The translations under genes were made by a program, and so were the position numbers. DNA of 32,000 bases from Opitutales bacterium (GTDB lineage Bacteria > Verrucomicrobiota > Verrucomicrobiia > Opitutales > PNEW01), in assembly GCA_965219535.1 (NCBI GenBank), contig CBDCNV010000001.1, positions 660,001 through 692,000 on the forward strand. The letters run 5' to 3'. The stretch's first letter is position 1; each line of letters begins with the position of its first letter. Shown one piece after another: positions 9,234-18,177 of this stretch. The notes beneath the pieces are model-generated. The model saw only the letters and a list, made by a program, of their open reading frames with translations. It was not told the origin of the DNA and searched no databases.

Positions 9234-10178
9234 TTAGCGGAAAAGGGAGGTGATTTCATCCCTATGAGGCATCGATGGGGCTGCACCTGACTTCGTGACA
9301 GACAGACCGGCAACGAGGTTACCGTAGGTAGCAGATCTTATAATATCTTTATTAAACTGAACATATCCTGAAGCAAAAGCACCGACAAATGCGTCTCCGG
9401 CACCGGTTGTATCGACTACTTTGTTATGACTATTGGCGGGAAGCAATTTAAAATCATCAGTTGTTGAAACAAAACAGCCATGACTGCCAAGCGTAACTAT
9501 GATGGTATCAATTCCAATGTTACGGCATAATTGGTGAAGCTTTTCTTCGGATAATTGATGGATAGTGTCCTCAGTAAAATCCTCATCGAATTCTGGGTAG
9601 AGAGATTTCATAAGGGAGGTGAACTCGATTTCGTTGGGAATTAATATATCTACATTGTCGATAATTCCCGGATTAAAATCCAACCGCATGGGCGCAGGAT
9701 TAAGGATAGTCGTCACGCCGGCATTACGTGCAATTTTTAGAACATGAGCCGTAGTATCCATTTTAGATTCGAACTGACAGATGACGACCTTTGCTCCACG
9801 GATAAGGTTTTCGGGTATGTCTGCCGGTGACAATTTCTCATTCGCACCTGGCGAAACAATGATTTCATTTTGCCCGGCGTTATTGACGACGATGCCTGCG
9901 GTCCCGGTGGGTGTTTCCTCCTGTTCAGCAAGGAAATATTCAATTTCTTCATCCGCATAAAATTGTTTTACCGCTTTACCAAATGAATCGTTACCAACCG
10001 AGCCAACAAACGCAGTCTTAATACCCGTGCGAGAAGCAGCGACAGCCTGGTTTGATCCTTTTCCACCGGTGGCCATCCTAAAGTCACCAAGTATTGTTTC
10101 TCCCGGTTTTGGAAAATCGTCACAAATCCATGACAAGTCCTGGTTATAACTGCCAACAACGACAATTTCTACACTCAT
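9234..10178 (-). CDS. rbsK: Ribokinase (PfkB family)
   Basis: The motifs VVGSYNQDLSW, GGKGSNQAVAASRTG and the C-terminal DTTGAGDAFVGAFA are the two PfkB signatures in their ribokinase-like form. The length is 314 aa. Confidence 0.8.
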   Translation of the reverse strand: MSVEIVVVGSYNQDLSWICDDFPKPGETILGDFRMATGGKGSNQAVAASRTGIKTAFVGSVGNDSFGKAVKQFYADEEIEYFLAEQEETPTGTAGIVVNNAGQNEIIVSPGANEKLSPADIPENLIRGAKVVICQFESKMDTTAHVLKIARNAGVTTILNPAPMRLDFNPGIIDNVDILIPNEIEFTSLMKSLYPEFDEDFTEDTIHQLSEEKLHQLCRNIGIDTIIVTLGSHGCFVSTTDDFKLLPANSHNKVVDTTGAGDAFVGAFASGYVQFNKDIIRSATYGNLVAGLSVTKSGAAPSMPHRDEITSLFR

Positions 10179-10208
10179 GAGTCAATTATGTTACCAGGAA
10201 ATAAAATA

Positions 10209-10817
10209 TTAAAATTGCTGAGAGTTGCGAAGAGGATCGCGTAACCAAAGCCAGAATGCCGGTAATACGTGAAATAAGATAATCATCAATGAGAACCAGG
10301 CGAGAGCGTCGATATCTGGCTGGTAGAATAGTCCTATGGAACCAAGCCACCAGCCATAAGCCGAGAATTTGAAAACAATACGGTTGTCAATTACACCATG
10401 AATGAAAAAACCAATACCGAGGATGACGGAGAATATTGCGGGTAAGAGATGAAGGTTAAAATTCTGCATACCCCATCCCCCCATTCCGACAAGAGCTAAT
10501 GCCATCAGGCAACCTCCCCAGATGGCTGAAACAAACCGGCCTGTAAGTGGGCGACTATGAATTTTATTGAGCGTGACACCGGCATAAACCCAGGTACAGA
10601 TACAGCCAAAAAGAAAAGTAGGCATCCAAATGTATAAGGATAATATAGACCAATTAAATCTCTCGACGGCCCACTCGGAAAGTACACATTTTGCGGCAAT
10701 CAGCCCCCAGAATATATTAAGTAATCCGCTGAATCTTGAGATGTTACGCCCTTGTTCAAGTGCCATGCGCACTTGATTCATCTCTCGAGACTCAATTTCG
10801 ACTTGATACATTATCAA
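10209..10817 (-). CDS. Hypothetical multi-pass inner-membrane protein (202 aa, about 5-6 predicted TM segments)
   Basis: ORF track entry. Hydrophobic segments include LLNIFWGLIAAKCVL, ILSLYIWMPTFLFGCICTWVYAGV, FVSAIWGGCLMALALVGMGGWG, LLPAIFSVILGIGFFIHGV and WFSLMIILFHVLPAFWLWL. I recognised no family. It lies 30 nt upstream of rbsK on the same strand. Confidence 0.6.
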   Translation of the reverse strand: MIMYQVEIESREMNQVRMALEQGRNISRFSGLLNIFWGLIAAKCVLSEWAVERFNWSILSLYIWMPTFLFGCICTWVYAGVTLNKIHSRPLTGRFVSAIWGGCLMALALVGMGGWGMQNFNLHLLPAIFSVILGIGFFIHGVIDNRIVFKFSAYGWWLGSIGLFYQPDIDALAWFSLMIILFHVLPAFWLWLRDPLRNSQQF

Positions 10818-11126
10818 TGTAACGGTGAATCAATTGCAGCTATATTTCATGTTGATGAACGGGGCGAGCTTTTTAAAATAAAAATGATTGGTGGACTCAA
10901 GTTACGTAAACCCTTGAGCAGAATCTACGGACAATAAACGGGTAAAAAGATTGTTTTCGGGAACTATGAATAGATATCAGCGTCAAACTAAAGAGATAAA
11001 TAGATATATACTGAAGTCATATCTTGATCTCAATAATTGATTGTCCTAAGATTGTAAGATAAAAGCATGGCAACTGTATTCCCCATTCAAAATATTTAAT
11101 GTGTAATCCTAATTTATTTAAATCAG

Positions 11127-12089
11127 GTGTTCATCAATTCTAAAAAAATCTGGGAGTTGCCAGAATCGGCGGTAACACCTGAATCGGTCTATCAAAGTCG
11201 CCGGGCTTTTTTGAAATCATTAGGCTATGGTGTTGCCGGGGCCGCTCTTTCAGCAAGCTATCTGGATGGGGCAACCACAGGTTTTCCCACCGAACGCAAC
11301 CCTAAATATACCCTCAGAGAACTCGATCTTACCCCCTATGATTTGGTCACCAGCTACAATAATTTTTATGAGTTTTCGACCGATAAAGGGGGTCCGAAAA
11401 AACTGGCCAATAAAGGTTGGAATCCTGAACCGTGGACGGTTGAAGTAAGGGGGTTGGTGCGTAATCCGATAAAAATGGATGTCAATGACCTGATCAAAAA
11501 AGTGGGTGGTATTGAGCAGCGAGTATACCGTTTACGATGTGTCGAAGCGTGGTCTATGGTCGTCCCTTGGGATGGATTTCCCCTGCGCAAGCTGATTGAA
11601 CTGGTGGAACCTATAGCGGATGCAAAATTTGTGAAGTTCACTTCCTTCAATAATCCTGAGGAAGCACCCGGACAGCGGAGGAACAATATCGATTGGCCCT
11701 ATGTTGAAGGGCTTACCCTGAGTGAAGCGGCCAATGAACTAACATTTATGGGGACTGGTCTGTATGGGAAACCCATGCCTAATCAGAATGGAGCTCCGAT
11801 CCGCCTAGTTGTCCCATGGAAATATGGATTTAAAAGTATAAAATCGATTGTACACATTGATTTTACGAGTAAGGCGCCAATTAATACCTGGCAGGCGTTA
11901 CAACCTCGAGAATACGGGTTTTTTGCGAATGTTAATCCTAATGTAAGCCATCCGCGATGGTCTCAAGCTACGGAGCGAATAATTGGGGGTGGATTTTTTA
12001 ACTCACGAAAAGAGACGCTCATGTTTAATGGGTACGAAAAGGAAGTCGGACATCTTTATCGTGGACTCGATCTGCGGAAATTTTACTAG
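11127..12089 (+). CDS. msrP: Protein-methionine-sulfoxide reductase catalytic subunit MsrP (YedY), a molybdopterin enzyme with a Tat signal
   Basis: GTG start. The Tat motif is SRRAFLKSLGYGVAGAAL. The blocks YNNFYEFSTDKGGP, YRLRCVEAWSMVVPWDGFPL, NGAPIRLVVPWKYGFKSIKSIV and SHPRWSQATER match YedY/MsrP. The msrQ partner lies immediately downstream. Confidence 0.9.
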   Translation: MFINSKKIWELPESAVTPESVYQSRRAFLKSLGYGVAGAALSASYLDGATTGFPTERNPKYTLRELDLTPYDLVTSYNNFYEFSTDKGGPKKLANKGWNPEPWTVEVRGLVRNPIKMDVNDLIKKVGGIEQRVYRLRCVEAWSMVVPWDGFPLRKLIELVEPIADAKFVKFTSFNNPEEAPGQRRNNIDWPYVEGLTLSEAANELTFMGTGLYGKPMPNQNGAPIRLVVPWKYGFKSIKSIVHIDFTSKAPINTWQALQPREYGFFANVNPNVSHPRWSQATERIIGGGFFNSRKETLMFNGYEKEVGHLYRGLDLRKFY

Positions 12090-12136
12090 AATTTTCCCAT
12101 TCGAATTTAACGCCATTACTCGCGTTACGCTTAAAT

Positions 12137-12793
12137 ATGAAGGAGAAACTGGTTAATATATTTCGCTCCAAATTATTTATCTATACCGTGTTAGCGTTAC
12201 CGGGGCTGTATACACTTTACCCCATCCTATCACAGAATCCCACTTTTCTCGCTGATCCGGCTAAATACCTTCTCGAGTATGTCGGTAAGACAGCTACTTT
12301 GCTTTTTATCTTTGTTCTTTCTTTGAGCCCAATGCGGGCGCTCATACCTAATTCACAAATCATTGCTTCAATAAATCGACACCGACGTATATTCGGAGTA
12401 AGTGCATTTGTGTATGTGGTATTTCATTTTTCGTTTTATTTAATTTACGAGGGGATACTTTCACAAATTGTAGAGAATTTTCAAAAACCATTTATTTTAT
12501 CCGGAGCTTTTGCCTTCTTTATTCTGTTTATTCTCGCCTCAACCAGCACCGATTGGGCTGTTAGAAAATTTGGCTATACGCGTTGGAAACGCATTCACAG
12601 ACTAGCTTATTTAGCGGCATTACTAATATTCTATCATCAAGCGGTACAGGAAAAAACCGGAGCGGTTCAGACCGTCTACTTTTTTGCCCCACTCGCCATG
12701 TTGGAGTGCGCACGCGTGAGCAAAAATATCCTAAAAAAGAAAACTTTAAAAAATAACAGTTCTAAAACCCACGCTGCAGCTGATCGTAGATAG
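12137..12793 (+). CDS. msrQ: Protein-methionine-sulfoxide reductase heme-binding membrane subunit MsrQ (YedZ)
   Basis: It has a ferric-reductase-like TM topology with conserved His-containing helices (HRRIFGVSAFVYVVFHFSFYLIY; RWKRIHRLAYLAALLIFYH). It starts 47 nt after msrP. Confidence 0.85.
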   Translation: MKEKLVNIFRSKLFIYTVLALPGLYTLYPILSQNPTFLADPAKYLLEYVGKTATLLFIFVLSLSPMRALIPNSQIIASINRHRRIFGVSAFVYVVFHFSFYLIYEGILSQIVENFQKPFILSGAFAFFILFILASTSTDWAVRKFGYTRWKRIHRLAYLAALLIFYHQAVQEKTGAVQTVYFFAPLAMLECARVSKNILKKKTLKNNSSKTHAAADRR

Positions 12794-12924
12794 TAAATTA
12801 CTAGGGTATGATGAATTTACAGCATTAATAGATGGCCATTATGAAAGGCCCCTATTGCGACTATTAAAAGGATGCTGATTAACTTTATTTTCAAAGGGGA
12901 TGTCTTTAATTTAATAAATGAATT

Positions 12925-13590
12925 TTAACTAAATGCATTTTTAAATTTTTGGGCAAAGATTTTCTTGTCGTCCGCATTGAAAAATGCGGACCCGGCGACA
13001 AAAGTGTCACAACCTTTCTGACGGCATTTCAGCCCAGTATCCAGGTTAATCCCACCATCAACTTCGAGGCGAAAATCAAGATGTCTTTCATGGCGCCAGG
13101 AATCTATAACCCCTAATTTATCAAGCATATCTTCGCGAAAAGTCTGACCTCCAAACCCGGGTTGAACGGTCATCACCAACACAAGATCTACGTCTTCAAT
13201 ATAGGGGATCAGGGATTCGGCACTAGTATCAGGATTGATTACGAGACCATTCTTGCATCCTAAATCACGAATGTGTTTAAGTGTTTCTTTCACCGGGTAG
13301 TCGGGTTCGACATGGATACTGATAAGATCGGACCCAGCTTGAGCGAAGGATTCTACATAGTCCTGCGGTTGAGAAAGCATAAGGTGAGTATCGAAAAACA
13401 ATTGGCTGTTTTTACGCAGGTCAACGATAGTCTGGGGGCCGAAAGTCAGATTAGGAACAAAATTACCATCCATGATATCGAGATGGACCCAGCGCAACCC
13501 GGTTTCGGCTATGATACGGATACTTTTCTCGAGATTTGCATGGTCACCGGCTAGTATAGAGGGTGAGAGAATAATTTCTTTCTCGCTCAT
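12925..13590 (-). CDS. rpe: Ribulose-phosphate 3-epimerase
   Basis: The blocks SILAGDHANLE, HLDIMDGNFVPNLTFGP, DTHLM, ISIHVE, VLVMTVQPGFGGQTF, LEVDGGIN and VAGSAFF match Rpe over the full length of 221 aa. Confidence 0.92.
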   Translation of the reverse strand: MSEKEIILSPSILAGDHANLEKSIRIIAETGLRWVHLDIMDGNFVPNLTFGPQTIVDLRKNSQLFFDTHLMLSQPQDYVESFAQAGSDLISIHVEPDYPVKETLKHIRDLGCKNGLVINPDTSAESLIPYIEDVDLVLVMTVQPGFGGQTFREDMLDKLGVIDSWRHERHLDFRLEVDGGINLDTGLKCRQKGCDTFVAGSAFFNADDKKIFAQKFKNAFS

Positions 13591-13684
13591 TTCAAATCGA
13601 TCATTTTTTCAATTCAATCTTTTATCACCAGATGATGCGAAGTGCCTAACTTGCTTTCAAGTCAACAGACGATAAAAAGTGTAC

Positions 13685-14230
13685 CTACCAAACACTGACA
13701 ACGGTATTTTTTATTTTCTGTGCAAGACTGCGAGTAAGCACGGGCATTGTCTGGTACTCAGATTGAGGTAACCCATCGTCGATTAAGATATTGTCGTTGG
13801 CGGAGAGTGTTCTCCCAGCGAAATATAAGTTACCCGTAAGATTATCGAGAAGTGAAACTTGCGCTTCCAGCGTTACACCGAAAGTCCGCCCAAGAAAAGT
13901 ATCCTCTTCTTGCCTGGCAGCAATCTCACGGTCGTACCTGGTAAGGACCACACGTAAGGTGGCCTCTGCCTGGTTTTCATCAACAACACGCACCTGTCCA
14001 TCGCGTAAAAATGCTTCAATGAGATTTTCGTTGAGTAAGGCTTGTGCCTGAGGTGCGAATGACCGATTACTAACCGGTTCAATGTAGAGCGTTTTAAAAG
14101 GCGTATCTGCTGCTTGACCTAAATGATAGCTTGCACAACCGTTATTGATCCCAAGGACAAAAACGAAAGCTAGAAATATATAAGCGGAGCTTAGCTTCTT
14201 TTCTGCATTAATGAGCGGTGCCACTTTCAT
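13685..14230 (-). CDS. LptE-like outer-membrane lipoprotein (putative LPS-assembly lipoprotein), 181 aa
   Basis: The N-terminal signal ends in LGINNGC, followed by ASYHLG. This resembles the Cys-Gly-(F/Y)-His-Leu start of mature LptE/RlpB. The size and mixed alpha/beta character fit. It sits 25 nt downstream of the BamD-like gene. The family assignment is tentative. Confidence 0.5.
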   Translation of the reverse strand: MKVAPLINAEKKLSSAYIFLAFVFVLGINNGCASYHLGQAADTPFKTLYIEPVSNRSFAPQAQALLNENLIEAFLRDGQVRVVDENQAEATLRVVLTRYDREIAARQEEDTFLGRTFGVTLEAQVSLLDNLTGNLYFAGRTLSANDNILIDDGLPQSEYQTMPVLTRSLAQKIKNTVVSVW

Positions 14231-14255
14231 AGGGGGATTGAGAGGAACATTATCA

Positions 14256-15953
14256 TTAATTGTTTTCTTCGTTATTATGGGGATCGAGATGAATTTCGTT
14301 CTTGGGTGAAATTAAATTTTCCTCTAATTCCTGCGACCTGTTAAACAGCTTAAAACGTAGTGGTTTTTTCCCCTCTTTCGAAGCTAATTTTTCCTCTGTA
14401 TTTTCTGTTTTATCATTGTTATTAAACAGCCGGAAAAGTGCAGGTTTTCCCTCTTCATGCGTCGTAAGGTCCTCCACCGGGTCTCCACTATCCTGTAGTG
14501 ACTTAGAGCTATCCAGATTTTCTTCTGCCAGGGTTAGTGGATTCTCCTCTTCAACAGTAGCTGGTGTGCCTTCACTATTCCCGGATTTATTAAAAATACC
14601 TAAACGAAGCAGTTTTTTATCCTCTTTCGAAGTTACATTTTCCTCCGTATCTTCTGTTTTATCCTTGTTGTTGAACAGCCGAAAGCGTGCTGATTTTTCC
14701 TCTTCATTCGTCGTAAGGCCCTCTACCGGGTCTTCAATAGCCTGTAGGGACCTGGAGTTATCCAGATTTTCTTCTGCCAGGGTTATCGGGTTCTCCTCTA
14801 CAACGGCGGCTGCTTTGTCTTCACTATTCCCGAATTTATTAAAAATACCTAAACGAAGCAGCTTTTTTTCTTCATTCTCGATCGGCGTTTCATTGTTAAC
14901 ATTATCTGAATTTAATAACTTCAGGCGGGCGGGTTCTCCGTCCTCTTGAGCTACTAAAATTTCGTCTTCTATATCGATTTCAGGCTTTAGAGCATCTATT
15001 TTATTAAGGTAACCACGCGCCAGCTGAGCAGTTGGTGAATTGGGTGAAACCGTAATAGCGTCATTAAAGAAAACTTCCGCAGCCCGATAATTTGAACGAC
15101 GTTTAAAATAATATTCACCGATAATGAATTTGCTTTGCGCATGAATATCCTGCATGTCAGCTAATTTTTCTTCACCCTCGGTTATTAAATCGCTGTTGGG
15201 AAATAAAATTAAAAAGTCACGATAATAGCTGATAGCTTCACGTGTGGCACCTTGATCGTAATCGGGGCCCGCGACCATTGAACTGAAAGTGTCAGCCAAC
15301 TCCAGATAGGCGTCAGGAGCTATTTCACTGTTAGAATAAAAATTTATAAGTCGATCGAGCGCGTCAATAGCTTCAGGTTGATCGCCTTGAGTTCTGTGCA
15401 TGATAGCTACTCGCATGAGTGATTTAGGGGCGTACTCACTATACGGCGCGTTTCCGACAATAGTTTCAAAGTATTGAATGGCTGCGTCATAATTATGAAA
15501 CTTAAAGAGGAAAAAATATTGTCCACTTTTCGAATTCATCGTTCGCTCGGCGATGTTAAACTGCTTCTCGAGGACTTGATTAAATTTCGGGAAATCTGGA
15601 TGGCGGACTACCGCAAAATTATACGATTCGAATGCCTTTTTATAATCCTTTCGCAACACATGAATGTCACCGGTTTGATAGTAAGCTTCCGGCGCGTATG
15701 AACAAGTTGGATACTTCTTTATGATTTGCTTATAGGTTTCTATCGCATCCCCGTATTTCTTTTTCTCCTGTAATGCATATGCCTTTTCAATTAATTCCAG
15801 TGCGCGCTCATTCTGAATTTCTAAAGGTAAGTCACGGGATTTCACTTGATTTTTGCCAGATAAAAACCCATAGGTCTCTTGAAAAGAAAGTCCAAAGACC
15901 AGTATGATGAGGGTAGGTGAAGATAATAAAAGACGTATCGTTCTCATTGCCAT
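14256..15953 (-). CDS. BamD/YfiO-like TPR protein (residues about 40-320) with a 240-aa acidic, internally repeated C-terminal extension. It has a signal peptide but no lipobox Cys.
   Basis: TPR-like pairs with recurring YP-x-S-x-YAP strings (YPTCSYAPEAYY, APYSEYAPKSL, FPNSDLITEGEEKLADMQDIHAQSKFIIGEYYFKRRSNYRAAEVFFNDAI) follow the BamD pattern. The last block resembles the conserved BamD C-terminal region. The start overlaps the fabH stop by 10 nt, or by 4 nt (ATGA) if Met3 at 15947 is used. Confidence 0.6.
   Translation of the reverse strand: MAMRTIRLLLSSPTLIILVFGLSFQETYGFLSGKNQVKSRDLPLEIQNERALELIEKAYALQEKKKYGDAIETYKQIIKKYPTCSYAPEAYYQTGDIHVLRKDYKKAFESYNFAVVRHPDFPKFNQVLEKQFNIAERTMNSKSGQYFFLFKFHNYDAAIQYFETIVGNAPYSEYAPKSLMRVAIMHRTQGDQPEAIDALDRLINFYSNSEIAPDAYLELADTFSSMVAGPDYDQGATREAISYYRDFLILFPNSDLITEGEEKLADMQDIHAQSKFIIGEYYFKRRSNYRAAEVFFNDAITVSPNSPTAQLARGYLNKIDALKPEIDIEDEILVAQEDGEPARLKLLNSDNVNNETPIENEEKKLLRLGIFNKFGNSEDKAAAVVEENPITLAEENLDNSRSLQAIEDPVEGLTTNEEEKSARFRLFNNKDKTEDTEENVTSKEDKKLLRLGIFNKSGNSEGTPATVEEENPLTLAEENLDSSKSLQDSGDPVEDLTTHEEGKPALFRLFNNNDKTENTEEKLASKEGKKPLRFKLFNRSQELEENLISPKNEIHLDPHNNEENN
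14334..14867 (-). repeat. In-frame tandem repeat, 249-nt (83-aa) period, two full copies plus a partial third, inside the BamD-like gene
   Basis: Protein residues 363-445 and 446-528 align almost throughout. The first reads KKLLRLGIFNKFGNSEDKAAAVVEENPITLAEENLDNSRSLQAIEDPVEGLTTNEEEKSARFRLFNNKDKTEDTEENVTSKED. The second reads KKLLRLGIFNKSGNSEGTPATVEEENPLTLAEENLDSSKSLQDSGDPVEDLTTHEEGKPALFRLFNNNDKTENTEEKLASKEG. A third start, KKPLRFKLFNRS, follows. At DNA level aacagcc recurs at 14425 and 14674, and ttcttctgccagggtta recurs with the same offset. Confidence 0.9.
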
Positions 15954-16945
15954 TTGATCAGTGATGTTGCCCAGGTCAATCCTGCGCCGAAAGCCATGAG
16001 TAATACATAGTCACCACTTTTAATGCGACCACTTCTAAACGCTTCATCCAAGGCAAGAGGTACGGAAGCAGCTGAAGTGTTTCCATAACGATCGAGATTT
16101 ACAAAAAATTTATCCTTATTTATACCGAGGCGGGTTGATAGAAGATCGATGATGCGTAAGTTTGCTTGATGAGGAATAACACAGGCAATATCGTCTGCTG
16201 AGAGATCAAATTTTTCCAGAATTTCACGAGCGCTTTTATCCATTACGCTGACTGCTGCTTTAAACACTTCGCGTCCTGCCATTTTTAAATAATGCATGCG
16301 ATCATTCACTGAATCTATCGTTGCAGGGCAATTACTGCCGCCGCCTGGCATGTTCAAAATCGCGGCATCCGAACCATCGGCTTCCATGTATGTTCCCAGA
16401 ATACCTCTTCCCGGGGTATCATCTGAACGGCTGAGTACTGCAGCTCCGGCGCCATCTCCAAATAGAACGCAGGTTGAGCGGTCTTGCCAGTCCAGGATAC
16501 TGGATAATTTTTCTGCTCCAATAAGCAGTGCGTTACGATAAGAGTTTGCCTGGAGCATATCGCCTCCAATGCCAAGAATATAAATAAATCCAGTGCATGC
16601 AGCGCCAACATCGAAGCTTGGGATCTGCCGAAGTCCCAGTTTGTTTTGAACTAGACATGCCGTGGAGGGAGTAATGGTATCAGGCGTCATCGTAGCGACA
16701 ATTAGAAAATCGATATCTTCCGGTGAAAGATTGGCCATCTTAATGGCTTTGCGCGCGGCTTTTACCGCCATATCCGAACACGATTCATCCTCAGCAGCTA
16801 TACGTCGTTCGCTGATTCCAGAGCGCGAGCGAATCCATTCATCTGAGGTGTCAACAAACTGAGAAATTTCATCATTTGTGAGAACCCGAGAGGGTGTATA
16901 AGAGCCGATTCCCCGGATGATTAATGATGTGTTCGGCGCGCTCAT
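15944..16945 (-). CDS. fabH: 3-oxoacyl-ACP synthase III (FabH)
   Basis: The active-site Cys context is FDVGAACTGFIYIL. Other matching blocks are VIPHQANLRII, GNTSAASVPLALDEA and LMAFGAGLTWA. The length is 333 aa, and plsX lies directly upstream as in the classical rpmF-plsX-fabH arrangement. Confidence 0.93.
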   Translation of the reverse strand: MSAPNTSLIIRGIGSYTPSRVLTNDEISQFVDTSDEWIRSRSGISERRIAAEDESCSDMAVKAARKAIKMANLSPEDIDFLIVATMTPDTITPSTACLVQNKLGLRQIPSFDVGAACTGFIYILGIGGDMLQANSYRNALLIGAEKLSSILDWQDRSTCVLFGDGAGAAVLSRSDDTPGRGILGTYMEADGSDAAILNMPGGGSNCPATIDSVNDRMHYLKMAGREVFKAAVSVMDKSAREILEKFDLSADDIACVIPHQANLRIIDLLSTRLGINKDKFFVNLDRYGNTSAASVPLALDEAFRSGRIKSGDYVLLMAFGAGLTWATSLIKWQ

Positions 16946-17048
16946 AGAAGATAAAGTTACAAAAAAAAGAAAATTTCAGAAAGGCTTTAATGCGCTCTTA
17001 TGTCAAGGTGCTTTACTAGTATGACAAGTATACTATTCCAGGTGTTCC

Positions 17049-18128
17049 TCAACTCGTAACGAGAGCCTTGGCTTCATTCGGTCGTATGATCTGATTTGCC
17101 CATTCGATGTCGGCAAGGGCATGAGAAATTAAGTCGTGATGAACAATTTGCGAAGCGATACGAATTGCGCTCATTATATATCTGCTGTTGCTTGCTCCGT
17201 GAGCTTTGAGGACATGACCGCGAAGACCTAGTAAAGGCGCGCCCGCGTGTCTTTCGGGATCTAAACGTTTTTTTACTTTTTTGAATGCCCCTTGGGCAAG
17301 AATAGCTCCGGCTAATCGAATAGGATCTTTATTTATCTCTTCTTTAAGAAAGTTTTGAATCATATCAAAAAGCCCTTCGCATGTTTTCAGGAGTATGTTG
17401 CCAGTAAACCCATCACATACAATAACATCAACGCTGTTTTCAAATACTTGTAAGCCTTCGATCATGCCGCAGTAATTTAAATTGGGCCCATCCAGTTTTC
17501 TTAGAAGCTGATTGGTTTCGTAAGTAAGTTCATTCCCCTTGCTTTCTTCTGTTCCAATACTGAGCAATCCAATACGCGGTCTTTTCAGATCGAGGACAAC
17601 TTTACTGTAGTGATTTCCCAGGATCGCGTTGTGGACAAGGTGATCTGCTTTAGCTGTCGGGTTAGCTCCGGCATCGATCAAAATAAAGCTATGATCTTTA
17701 CTTGGAATAACCGTAGCGAGGGCCGGACGCTCTACCCCCGACATCGGGCGCAATTTCAATATACCACATGCAGTTAAACTTCCTGTATTACCACAACTTA
17801 CCACCGCCTGGCATTTTCCCTCTTTGACCAGTTCGACTGCGCGGACGAGGGAGGAGTCTTTTTTCTGCTTCAGGCTCTGAATAGGTTTTTCATCCATACC
17901 TATAATCTCAGATGCGGGATAAATACTTATACGCGGATCATCATTTATACCCCCGACTTTAATTAGACGCTCCAAACGTCTTTCATTTCCAACTAGAACA
18001 ATACCCTCTATATCCTGAAGTTTCTCCAAGGACAACCGCACTGCGCGTACTACCTCTGCCGGTCCAAGATCTCCACCCATGGCGTCGACTGCGATAGTGC
18101 CGAAGGCTTTTTCGGTTCCCATTTTCAT
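17049..18128 (-). CDS. plsX: Phosphate acyltransferase PlsX
   Basis: The blocks IAVDAMGGDLGPAEVV, VVSCGNTGSLTA, IDAGANP, LLSIGTEESKGNEL, GNILLKTCEG and GAPLLGLRGHVLKAHGAS are typical PlsX. The length is 359 aa. Confidence 0.93.
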   Translation of the reverse strand: MKMGTEKAFGTIAVDAMGGDLGPAEVVRAVRLSLEKLQDIEGIVLVGNERRLERLIKVGGINDDPRISIYPASEIIGMDEKPIQSLKQKKDSSLVRAVELVKEGKCQAVVSCGNTGSLTACGILKLRPMSGVERPALATVIPSKDHSFILIDAGANPTAKADHLVHNAILGNHYSKVVLDLKRPRIGLLSIGTEESKGNELTYETNQLLRKLDGPNLNYCGMIEGLQVFENSVDVIVCDGFTGNILLKTCEGLFDMIQNFLKEEINKDPIRLAGAILAQGAFKKVKKRLDPERHAGAPLLGLRGHVLKAHGASNSRYIMSAIRIASQIVHHDLISHALADIEWANQIIRPNEAKALVTS

Positions 18129-18177
18129 GAAGGCTACAGGCAGCCTCGAGTGTAATTATTCCAATTTGTAAGCAAAA

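Noticed and set aside
10818-11126. Moco riboswitch or small ORF (track ORF 10752..10937, plus strand) upstream of msrP
   Set aside because: I could not find the conserved Moco-motif helices or sequence blocks. The 61-aa ORF overlaps the start of the divergent membrane-protein gene and has no recognisable features. The region is treated as a plain divergent promoter region.
14334-14867. Could the regularly spaced repeats be a CRISPR array or another non-coding repeat locus?
   Set aside because: The period is 249 nt and the copies are contiguous and diverged by about 15-20%. They are in frame within a long ORF, with no short conserved repeat and unique-spacer organisation. No cas genes are in the window.
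14302-14949. 215-aa plus-strand ORF (Ser/Phe-rich, itself internally repeated) in the ORF track
   Set aside because: It is the antisense frame of the 249-nt tandem repeat inside the BamD-like gene. Its repetitiveness and low-complexity composition mirror the Glu/Lys/Asn-rich sense frame. The sense ORF is continuous with a recognisable BamD-like domain, whereas this ORF has no start context or recognisable fold.
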